From the human T2T-CHM13v2.0 reference genome, Homo sapiens, in assembly GCF_009914755.1 (NCBI RefSeq), contig NC_060938.1: a stretch of DNA of 64,000 nucleotides; one strand, written 5' to 3'. The notes below the pieces were generated by a model, which was not told the origin of the DNA, ran no database searches, and saw only the letters and a program-made list of their open reading frames with translations. Each line of letters starts with the position of its first letter. The first letter of the stretch is position 1. Shown in pieces: positions 14,119 to 27,924 of this stretch. The translations under genes and the position numbers were made by a program.

Positions 14119-16173
14119 ACTAGGTCCCTAAATTAGAGCCATATTCTTTAATGTCTGAAAGCACTCTTGCATGTTTATTACTGCATTGTTTGAACTTAAA
14201 TGTCCACAACAGGATAACAGGATAATTAAACAGTTAATTGCACTATGGCACATCCATCTGTTAACAAAATGAAATCGATCTTTTTGTACTGTGGTGTAAA
14301 GATTTTCTGGACATAGTTCAGGTAAAAAAAAAAAAAAAGACCACTGTTGAATAATGCTTCCGGTATAACACAATGTGTTTGAAAATGTACACAATACACT
14401 GTAATATCCAACACATACACCTATCAAAGTAAATATATTTTATTCTAGGGTAATTATTAAAACATTAAGAAATACTCTTTAATCATATATGTTTAAACTT
14501 GTAGAAAATCAATAACATACAAGTAAAGAAGATCAAGAAGCCACAAAAAGCAATTCCAAGTATACAATGCATGGTGAAAAGTGATGGAAGAAAACTGCAG
14601 GAATTTAAAATGCAAAATTAAAATACAGCCCTATAATTCATGATACATAATTCTTCATTGAACCCCGAATCTGTCAGGACATATGTGTGATCTTGGATAA
14701 CGAATTCAACCTACTTGGCACTGAATTTTCTTGACTGTAAACTGTTTTAGAGATGTTCCTCACCCGGTTGCATGAAGCACATCTGTGTGTGTTAAGGCAC
14801 TTCCCACAGCATCTGCGACACAGAACCGTGGCAGCTGTGCCCTTCCTGGTCCCTGCACACAGACCCACAGCAGTATGTTGTGTCTTTTTTTAATATAAAA
14901 GGCTTTGAAAATGTCCCACAGCTTCTTCAGTAACTGACTGTCAAAAGGGGCAGCCTTCAAAAGTGGAATTCTGGCAAATGTCTTCAAAAGACGCAAAATT
15001 CTGGCAATGGGCTCATTTCCCCTCCCGCCTTGCTCTTCTGGATGGATCCATTCTCTCCCACAGCATATTCATTTTCTTCCACTCCACCGTAAAAATTGTC
15101 CTTCTAGTGGCAAGAGTGACGTAAGTGATATGCGGAAATTTCTTTCCAAGCCTGCTTGGAGAAGCTTCCTCTGCCTGCTTCTCTTTGGCCACCTCCAGGG
15201 CTGCTCTGTCACCCCCAACAGCATGGACCTCACTGCAGTCACTCTGGAAGCTTCCCTCTAAAGGAAGCTTGTGCAGGAAACATCATGCATGGAGCAGCAT
15301 GGGGACAGGGGCTGGCCAGCTGGGCAGGGCTCACATTCCTGACACCCAGACTCCACGATACTCCTCTGTCCCCACCCAGGGCAGATCCCTGCCCTAAAAG
15401 TTTTCCCTCTTATGTCCAGCAAATGCTGCATGGAGCCCTGGAATTCTATGTGGAAAGCTAGGAAGAGGGAGAGCTGAAATGAGGATGTAATCACCCTTTC
15501 CAAAGAGGTCAGTCCAGTACTACCCTGTGCTCCTGGGCAAGCTCTCCAGGCTGAGGGAACAGGAGCAGGGGTTATGTTGGGTGAAAGTGGAAGTGAGGGA
15601 CCTCCCAGGAGGTGTAGAATATTCCACTAGGGACACCTCATACCCTTCCAGGATTAGACCTTGGGGCCTGGAGATCCCCAGGCAATTAGTATTGAAGGTC
15701 GAATGGCCAATGACAGGAATGGGAAGGCCCACTGTGTCATTCACAAAGCACTTCCAAACCCATCACCACAGGTGACCCTCACAACAACCCTGTGAGACCT
15801 GCAGAGCAGGGGCTCTCACAAAGGAGGAGTCGGGAATGTCAAGATTTTAACACCTTCTCCAAGTCAGGATCAGGAAATGCTGTCCCAGCGCTGACCTATA
15901 TTCCCTATGATTCCTCCCACAAAAGAGCTTAGGGTGGCTGCCAACTTGTGGGCAGAGACCCTCACTTTCCAATCCCCACGAGGGGCTGTGCAGTGGGGAG
16001 GACAAGGCCCCCTCCTCTGTCTCCTCCAAGACCCTGTTTTCTGAGGAAGGTCACTCTGGGAACTGTTGGCCTCTGCAGATGGGGGCCTGGATCATGTGGA
16101 AAGATGACGTGAAGGTCACACCTGTCAGGGACCAGTGCTGGAGGGCAAACCTCACCTTTAAAAGCTCCCACTG

Positions 16174-16315
16174 TTTATTTTAAATTTATTTTTATTTTTA
16201 ATTTCTATGAGTACATAGTAGGTGTATATATTTATGGGGTACATGAGATAGTTTGACACAGGCATGCAATGTGTAATAATCACATCAGGGTATAAATGGG
16301 GCATTCATCACCTCA
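16174..16315 (-). mobile_element. L1 3' end fragment (L1MA/L1PB-like)
   Basis: 'gagtacatagtaggtgtatatatttatggggtacatgagata...catgcaatgtgtaataatcacatc'. Confidence 0.8.
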
Positions 16316-16508
16316 AGAAAGGGAAATGCCAGATGCTTATAAAACCATCAGATCACATGAGAACTCACTGACTATCATGAGAACAGCATGGGGGAAACTG
16401 CCGCCATGATTCAGTTACCTCTCACTGGGTCCCTCCCGTGACACATGAGGCTTATGGAAATTACAGTTCAAGATGACATTTGGGTGGCAACACAGCCAAA
16501 CCATATCA
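16316..16508 (-). mobile_element. THE1 LTR fragment
   Basis: Ends 'cacagccaaaccatatca', the reverse complement of the THE1 start. Confidence 0.85.
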
Positions 16509-16719
16509 CCTTATAAAATGAATAATGTGAAAATAGCACTGGGCCTGAGGCCTGGCCCCTGCTGTGTGATGCCCCCTCTTGGGGAGAGCCTGGTTTCTGT
16601 GGCATGCAGAAACTTCCCTGTGCTTCCTGTGGGCTTGGGGTGAGCCAGGTCCTCCTGGGGGAACTGGGCACTGTGGGACAGGAGGGTCCCTGGCCTGGGG
16701 TCTCCATTTGCCTCCTTAC

Positions 16720-18078
<1,359 letters not shown>

Positions 18079-20504
18079 TCACCATGGAAGCATGTCACCT
18101 GAGAGGGCTGAGGTCATCTGGGAGGACTCATGTCACTGAACAGGACAGAGGTCACCTGGGAGAGCTCCCTCTAGCCCTAGGGGATTTAGGGTGCAGACTC
18201 TGCACCCCTCTCCTGACCCTGGGCGTGAGGACTAAGCAAGTCCCCCACAACTCAGTTGAAAAGGGACCTGGAGGGACTTCTGCAGTGAGTGTCCAAACTC
18301 ACGTAGTCCGAAGGGGCACAGGCAAGGATCATTCATGTCCCCTATCCTGGGACAGGCTGAAAAGGCCACTGTGCCAGGCCTGGGGCAGCACCTGTGAACT
18401 GCACCCACCACGAGGGCAGGCGATGGGCCACTGATCACCACACAATGGGTCCTCTGATGGCCCAGGAGCTGCCTGCCAGGCACAGGAGGGCGGCTGGGTC
18501 CAGACCCCATGTGGGCAGCCCATGGAGTGAGCTCAGCGGCTCTCCCTGCCTGGAAGGGTCTGGGAAGTGGGGGCCAAGCAGGAACAGCCAGCTGGGTGAC
18601 CTCCTCCCTGTCTACTGTGATCCTACGGGGTTAAGACAAAGGGGAAATTGGATCCCTGCCAGGTTTCCAATAAAAAGTCTTCCTCAGGATGCAAACTCAT
18701 TTCATGACAAGAGCCTGGCCCCATCAGGCACCTCAGCAGCTTGTCAAACATGTCTCCTGCAAGGACTATCCTGTGTGCAACACTGCTAAGCTCCTTGTTT
18801 GGGGCGGCACCAGGACGGGAGGGTCATTTCTTCTTCTGAGACATGGTGGTTGGGTCCAGGTGACATCAACAGTCTGGGCCCTGACCCCTTTCCATCTCAG
18901 CGGGGACCCCTTGAGACACCAGCTTCCCTTCCTTGCTTGGGTGTCCATGCAAGCAGTTCTACCTACTATGTTATTACAGCCAGATCAGGATCAATGTCCT
19001 CTCTCTGGAATAAATGCAACGACCACGGTTCTTTGAGCATTATTTATCTTAAATTACTGTTTTAATTAGAAATGTATCTAACTTACTTATATTAGCCAAA
19101 TTTCCTTTCAATGTAACCAAATTTCTTTTAAGTGAAAATTAAGTATTTACCTTCTGTTATCAAGCATTCTATGAATACAAAATGTTTATTTTTTTCAACT
19201 TTAGAAGAAATTGAAAAGTTCTACATGCTACTAATCTAAAAATACAGGCTCTGGGTTTATATGGTGTTAACCTTTCTTCCAAATTTTAAGGAATAGATAT
19301 TTAAATGCCATCCACTTTGTTTTAAAATACATAAAATGTTTTCAGCTTTTGACCTCAAAATTTACAGTAGCACAGCTACTCTGTATTGAATAAACCACAG
19401 AATCAAAACAAAGAAAGATTCTACAGACCAGACTAACCAACAATACAGTTGGTTCAAAACTAGTGGTTCAAATATCAAAAACCAATTTCAATGACAAATA
19501 CATGGTATGAAAACCCCGCAAAGCTCAAGTAGAATATATTATGCTTGAATGAAATTATGAGTTGAGAGTAGGAAATCTATGGTTAACCAAACAAATTAAA
19601 TAATGTTTATGAGGAAATTATACTGCTAATGTTTTATTATTTGGCAAGCTATTCAGTGGAACACAAAGATATTCTTGATGAAGTTGAAAAAATATTTTAA
19701 AATGTTACTAAAGTGGATTATAAAAAATGAGGACATGAATAACTTTAAAACGTATTCAGGGATAAAGAGAGAAAAATAAATTTAGATTTCATACATACAT
19801 AAAATATATTTAAAAAGTTGTGTTTTTGGTTGCTCAAATAAAAGGAGCAGATATTTAAATTCCATGCCTTTCATTTTAAAGTTTAGGAAATGCTTATAGC
19901 TTTCCAAACTGACATTTATACTAACACAGTTAATCTAATCGAGTGATAACAAAATCAAAACAAGCAGAATTCTCTTGACCAATCTATTTTCTTGATTTTT
20001 AAAAGTAAATGTACTCTCAAAGAAACAAAACTATTATTCCTGGATTCTGTTATTTAAAAATATTTACTGATCGCTTACCTTACACCAAGTGATCTCCAGC
20101 TCGTGGAAAAATATGTGAAGTTGCCCAGCTTCATTAAGCTTAAACTCTTCTGAAGGAGAAAAGAAGCAATGGAGTAGGGACATTAAAGCAGGAGTGTGGT
20201 GATATGGCTGAGACTTCTACTTGCACACTGTGGTAGCTGTGTGGAGACTGGATTGAAAAAGGGGCAATGACAGAAGCTTAAATTAGTATCAAATATGGTA
20301 ATCTTATAATTTTAAGGGTCCTTGAAACAAGAATGTATAATAGTTCTCATTATTTCCCCAAGAAAACTCTGCACTTGGCCTTGTGAGGGAAGCACTATAG
20401 TTACCAAGTGGTGGGGGTGGGAAGGTGAATTTGGAAACAACATTTGGAATTACTACACTTTAAAGGTAAAGCTGGCAGGAATTCCATACACATCAGATCT
20501 GAAA

Positions 20505-20507
<3 letters not shown>

Positions 20508-20550
<43 letters not shown>

Positions 20551-20583
20551 ATGTGTCTGTCTGTGTGTGTTTGTGTGTGTGTG
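20508..20583. repeat. (TG)n microsatellite within decayed L2-like sequence
   Basis: Direct observation of the TG run. Confidence 0.9.
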
Positions 20584-21388
20584 AAGCAGGGAGAGAGAGC
20601 AAGAATGACAGCGAGCAGAGAGAGAGGAGAGAGAAGGAGAGAATCAGACAGATACAGAAAGAGAGTGACAGGGCTACAGAGACAGAATTAAAAGGGGGCA
20701 CCAAGAATACTGAGCTGAGAAACTATACAATGGGAGTTGCCATTAAACAGAATGGGGAAGAGCAAATTTGGGGAGTTTCAGTGGCTCCACATAGACATAT
20801 TAATTTTGAGATTCCTAACTGACATCCACATGGATAAGTCAGGGAGTGTTGTGTGTAGTGTCCAGTGTTTAGGTGTAATATGAAATATCAGGAAATTAAT
20901 GACACAAAAATCAGTAAGAAAGCAAAGAAAGATAAGCAGTCAAAGTCGTGAGCCTAATCATCCTCTAACATTTAAAAAATACTAAAGATGAAACCTGCAA
21001 AAAAGGACTAGGGGTAATTATCAAAAACATGGTGGAGGGAAAGTAGGTTAAGTTTTCTGGAATTCTATAAAAAAAGTTTTACAAAGGGGAGGTAGAGATC
21101 AACCATGTGAAATGCTGCTGATACATAAATTAAGATGAAATCCGAGGAGTTATGGTTCAATTTATAATTTAACAATATGGATAGCACTTATGTTTTGATA
21201 CGAGCAGCTTCGTTGGAGTGAGTAGGTGAGAAACCATATTGGAGTGTTTGCTGAAATGAAAGTCTGATCTTTGGATTCTTAAGGAAAAATTTTATTGGAC
21301 TGCAGAGGCATAAATTGGATTTCTAATTCTGGAGTCAGGATGTGCTCAGTAAACATGGGCCCATCAATGCCTCCTCGCATTTTTTTTA

Positions 21389-21997
<609 letters not shown>

Positions 21998-22301
21998 ACA
22001 CACATTTAATTGAAAAACTTTACAAAGACTGATACTAGAGGTTGTTGGAGAGGACGTTGTTCCACATAATATCTTATGAGTTGCTGATGGACAAGTAAGA
22101 TGGTAAAATGCCTTTGAAAAACTGACCATACCTGCTATACTTAAATATTCAGATACCAAACACCCAGAAATTCCATCTTGTCATTTATTTCCACAAGAAA
22201 AAACAAGAGACCTGTATTAAAATATCCACTTCTATTGAAAATAATCACAGTTTCCTGAAATTTTTTTATTAATAGCTCTTGTTTTCAGCAGTACAACCTC
22301 T

Positions 22302-22720
<419 letters not shown>

Positions 22721-23389
22721 CTATTTTGTATTTTTTAATCTACCGCACTCTAAGAACACATATTTTAAATCAATTTGTACATTCAGTACCTAGAACAAAA
22801 CCAGCATTTTGTAGATTCCAAAGAATTATTTGTTGTATAAATGATGAATAACTTAAATAAGTTATTATTTACAACATCTATATACAAACAATATGTTACC
22901 TCAGAATACAGTGATAACTTTTGTTATGTATAAAATGATTTCTGTCTCAGTTAAAAAATATTTTTTGCATGAGTTATTGTCATATACAGATGCTCACATT
23001 GTTTTGTTTATATGAAAATGTTTGTAACTACTACGCGCATTTTTGCTACTTAAGCCTTTTGGTCTTGCTGCCATAGCAAATACTGTGCCTTTCAAGAAGA
23101 TGAACCTGTTTTACTTCATTTTTTAGCAGATTTCTTAATGAAATATATACCATACTCTTTTGTTTAACACATAAGCAGACACCCTGTCAGAAGCAAACAG
23201 ACATCTACTCCACCATTACCAGCCATCCCTCTACTAATGTGGCTGCTGAAGATGTTACCTAGAGCAGAGGACTTTGGGTTCAACCTAAGCACTTTATATC
23301 CTTTATTTTCAATTGGGTAGGAGATAAAATAATTCAGCAGCAATAAAAGTCACACTTCTTAAAGTTGCAGTCTCGCCAAGGCAACACAA

Positions 23390-23955
23390 TGTAGCAGTCT
23401 CTCTTGTGAGGTATCACCTGGAGTTCTTCATCTCACCACCGAGATGATTAAGGAACGGGGATACACGGGTGAGGTGGGAGTGAAAGTTTAATAAGCAAAA
23501 GGAGGAAGCTCTCTGCAGCAGACAAGGGCGTCCAAGTGGATTGCCGTTTTTACAGTTGAATCAAAAAGCTTTTATAAGAAACTCCTCTCAGCTATGTATA
23601 AAAAACTGTCTGCACAATTCCCTTTATATAACCAGCTGTGGGTATGTCTCTAGTCAAGCACAAAGTGGGCTTCTCTTGTTTATATAACTGTGGGTTTGTT
23701 TTAGGTAAGCTCCCCTCCTCCCTGTGCATGTTCCCACAGAGGCCACCATGTTTATGCCTGAAAAAGAGAGGAAAATTTTTCCTGGGAGCTTGCCAATTAC
23801 ACAAAGAACAGAAGGCTTCTGTGCTGGACCCTGCATGCTCATCTGTGCAGGGCTTACCTGTAGGTGCAGTAGTTGTGATTTTTCAGGCAGACAGCTTCCC
23901 TGAGAACCAGTCTCTTACTTGTTTACTCAACTAATTTTCCTTTCCTTCTCCCTCA
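23390..23955 (-). mobile_element. ERV1-class solo LTR (MER48/MER50/MER61-like)
   Basis: TG...CA termini (tgtagcag...ccctca), near-TSD acaa/acat, motif 'gtgaaagtttaataagcaaaag...gctctctgcag'. Confidence 0.75.
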
Positions 23956-24426
23956 ACATTATGCAGCAAAACAGAGTACACTTCTCTTTCCCAGTAAATC
24001 AATGTTGGTACTCCACTCTGAATACTTGTATTATTGGATTTCTTAGAAAAAAATATTTGGGATCATAATTTAGATGCCATCAAACAATGAACAAAAATAT
24101 ACTACTTCGTTTCCCTTCTCTTCTCTTGTTACCAGACAATAGCTAGTTTTCTTTTCTCTCCAACTCCTTTTTTCTGTGCTTCTACCTGATTTTTAAAAAA
24201 ACCTCTACACATTTCCAATCTTAGTATAGCAGACATGAAATATGTGGTCAAACTATGTACATAGGAAGAGTTGAATTATATAATTATATTCAAGCATTTT
24301 AAAATAATTCCCCTTCAGTTTGTTTTGCAGTTATTTTACATAATCAAATGTCTTCTTGATATACGTCCCAGCCCAGTGGCTGTCAAGCTCTGCTTTGTTT
24401 TCTAACTGCATCAGAATTATCCACAA

Positions 24427-24690
<264 letters not shown>

Positions 24691-25184
24691 TAAAATTCTT
24701 ATGATAAATATGGATAAATCAGCACAACTCAAGATTTAAGAAATAAAAATTTCCAAGAGAAGAAACTCAGGAATATGCATTGAAAATGTCTCCCTCAGGT
24801 GATTCTGATGTGATATGTGGTCTGAGTTTAAAATGTAAGGAAAATTACCTTCCCTGCCCTCCAGTTGGCCCTTATGTCCAGATGTCCCTCTTTCCCTTTC
24901 TCATTGTGCTCTCTCCTTCTGTGCCTTTGTTCTATTCTCCCTCCACTTCTCATCCAGATGCCAAGCCCTCTTCCATCAATTGTCCTAAAACTCCAAATGG
25001 TCAGTTTTCTCTATACTTCCTTCTGTCCCATGAACAAGTTATGCAGGCAAATGTAGAAGTTAAGCTTGGACCAAGCTGAATCAAGAGCTGCAATTAAAGA
25101 TTTCCCTAAGCCCAGAGGGGAGCAGCGAATACTTATAGGTGATTTTGGATTTCCTCTGATTGCATAAGGCTCTGGGTAACCTGA

Positions 25185-25542
25185 TGCTATAGACCAAATG
25201 TTATTGTCCCCCTCAAATTCAAGGGTTGAAATCTAATTCCCTATGTGATGATATTTGGAGGTAGGGCCTTGGGGAATGATTAGATCATGAAGGTAGGGAC
25301 CACATGAGTGGGATTAGTAGCCCCTATTGAAGGCACCATAGAGAGCTCCCTCATCCCTTCTGTCATGTGAGGACATGGTAGAAACATGGCTGTCTATGAA
25401 CCACAAAGCAAGCCCACACCAGACTTGGAATCTGCTAACCACTTGATCTTGAATTTTGCCATCTCCAGAACTGAGAGAAACAAATTTGTTTACAAGCTTC
25501 CTCATCTATGGCATTCTGTTTTGACCCCAGATTAGCTAAAAA
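25185..25542 (+). mobile_element. MLT1A/B-type MaLR LTR
   Basis: 'tgctatagaccaaatg...ccccctcaaattc...ccagaactgagagaaacaaatttgtt...ctatggcattctgtt'. Confidence 0.8.
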
Positions 25543-25854
25543 CACCAAAATACCAACTTGTACACCAAATTTTGGAAATGGATGCTAAAACTTTGATGGC
25601 AAAAGGTGACTGATCTGCCTGAGAAATGAACCTACATGATCCCTCTTTCCGCAAAGCTGGAGGGAGAGTCAACAAAAGCAAAAATAGGTCAAAGTCTTCT
25701 AAAAGCCATACCTGAAGGGTTTTCAATATCACTTGATCAGATGGCAATTTAATCACAGAAAAAAACACAACAAAACATGCAACTATCAGAGGTTTTCAAC
25801 ATCGCCTCAAAAACACCATCTACAATATTAGGGAGGGAAAGAAGTCATGGAAGT

Positions 25855-27095
25855 TTCAAAAAGTCAAACTTTATTTCAGTGTTAATGGGAGAAATTTGAA
25901 ATTCTTAGTTAAGCTATGAATAAATCCTTGGGCAGGTGCAGGCATGGAGATTCTGGGGTGAATCTGCTGAGTTTAAAAGCTTCCTTTGGAGATGCCCCTG
26001 GCCCCCTCCACCTGTCAAGAAGAGGCCATCCTATCTGCCTGTCAAGAAGAGGCCATCCTGGGCAGCACAGTAGAGGCAAATGGCCCAGATGCCTAGCTGA
26101 GGGCAAACCTCCATGCCTGGAGGAGGAGGTCACCTCTGGGAGCAGGAGGACCTGCTGGAACCCCTGCTCACAGGCTCCTTTTCTTGCTCTCCAGCACCTC
26201 CTGCAGGCATGCAAATACCCCCAGCAGCAGTAGCAGCAGGCTCTTCAGCAGCAGGGCTGCTGCTCTGCTGAATGAGAGAAGTCCCTCTTCAGTGAGGCAG
26301 AGGAGCCCAGGTTGCACATCCTGGTCTCTGCCTCCATAGCTTCCACTGTGCCCAGGACTGGGAGCAGTGTGGGAGCTTCTGGCTGGAGCTGTGCTGGTCA
26401 CCCCTCTCTACCACCTCTAGCTCCAGCCACACTTTCAGCTCCAGGGCTGAGGCCCGTGGCTCTACAGGAGGTGCCATGAAGTCAGGCAGCTCCTCACTGG
26501 GCTGGTCCTGGGCAGTCCCAGGGCAGCAGAAGGAGGGCTCTGGAGCTTCCTCTAGCTCCAGCGCTGTCCCTGGAGGGGAATCTGCCCCTGGTGCTGGCAC
26601 TGGCTCAACAGCTGGCACTGGAAATAGCTGTATTTCTGCACCTGAAGCAGCAGCTGAAAAAGGAGAGAGGTCACCAATATCACTCGCTTTCCACTGGAAT
26701 TTACAAACATGAAAACAACCTCATTGAATTTAAAGGAATTTCAGCCTGAAAACATTGTCCCTGGAAAGACTTCCAGACTGCAGGTGACCTCACCATGTGC
26801 CTGTGTCTCAATGAGCTCCAGAGGCTCCGGCTGGAAAAGGACAATGTGCAGATGTGGCCCTGGTGGGATCACTGGTGAGGCCTGGCCTGCTAGCTCCATC
26901 TGGGGCCTGATGTCTACCTGGTGACTCCTGTCCTGTGGTACCTGGTGGGGGGGGTCGGGGGGGGCTTCTGCCAAATGGCCAGAGGCATCTGGGGTGAGGG
27001 ATGAGCCTACAAGGGCGTCATCAGCAAAGAAAGGCTCTCACTCCTGCTATTCCTGAAGCCAGAGCCTGGAGATGTGGGGATGCAGCACAAGAACA
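25855..27095 (-). pseudogene. CDRT15P: CDRT15/CDRT15L2-family unprocessed pseudogene (C2orf27-like paralog); exon 27095-26794, intron 26793-26654, terminal exon from 26653
   Basis: ATG at 27095 gives MFLCCIP..GFRNSRSESL..RLIPHPRCLWPF..QVPQD..LAGQASPVIPPGPHLHIVL..ETQAH; second exon PAVEP..ALELE..AQDQPSEELP..MAP; VTSTAPARSSHTAPSPGH..GLLSF in another frame; all match recalled CDRT15L2; GT/AG intron; AATAAA at 25875-25870; several frameshifts and stops. Confidence 0.85.
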
Positions 27096-27177
27096 TCTTG
27101 CTCTCTTGAGCGTCTCCCACCAAGTGAGCTGGCTACGGGGCTAACTCTAGGATGTGGGTGCCTGGTTATCAGAATTC

Positions 27178-27755
27178 TTTTTTTTTTTTTTTTTTTTTTT
27201 TTTGAGACATAGTCTCATTCTGTTGGCCAGGCTGGAGTGCAGTGGCATGATCTCGGCTCAGTGCAACATCTGCCTACTGGGTTCAATCACTTCTCCTGCC
27301 TCCGTCTGCTGAGTAGCTGGGATTACAGACATGAGACACACAGCACCACACCTGACTAGTTTTTTTGTGTTTGTTTGTTTTCGTTTTTTCTTTTTCTGAG
27401 ACAGAGTCTCGCTCTGTCGCCCAGGCTGGATGGAGTGCAGTGGCGAGACCTTGGCTCACTGCAAGCTCCGCGTCCCGGGTTCATGCCATTCTCCTGCCTC
27501 AGCCTCCCGAGTAGCTGGGACTACTGGCACCCACCACTACGCCCGGATACTTTTTGTATTTTTAGTAGAGACGGGGTTTCACTGTGTTAGCCAGGATGGT
27601 CTCGATTTGCTGACCTTGTTTGTTTTTTGTATTTTTAGCAGACATGTGGTTTTACCATGTTGGTCAGGCTGGTCTTGATCTCCTGATTTCATGATCCTCC
27701 TGCCTCAGCCTCCCAAAGTGCTGGGATTACAGGTGTGAGCCAATGTGCCTGGCCT
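27178..27755 (-). mobile_element. AluS with a younger AluY-like element (~27375-27617) nested in its A-rich linker
   Basis: Outer TSD ctggttatcagaattctt / ctggttaccagaattctt; the inner element is CpG-rich with 'ctgcaagctccgcgtcccgggttcatgccattc'. Confidence 0.9.
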
Positions 27756-27924
27756 GGTTACCAGAATTCTTATTTCTGTTAGGGTCTGTTGGCAAGGAAG
27801 TGAGGTCGCTTCTTTAAGTTTCCATCCCCTCGGCCTCCTCCTTCCAGAAAACCTTCTCAGGACCCCAGTGGGCTGCTGACTGCTCACCCTCCCCACAGGT
27901 CAACTCCTTACCTGTACACAGTTA

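Noticed and set aside
26944-26965. G-rich tract as a possible G-quadruplex
   Set aside because: Two homopolymer runs in a decayed exon; more simply slippage expansion, with no further support
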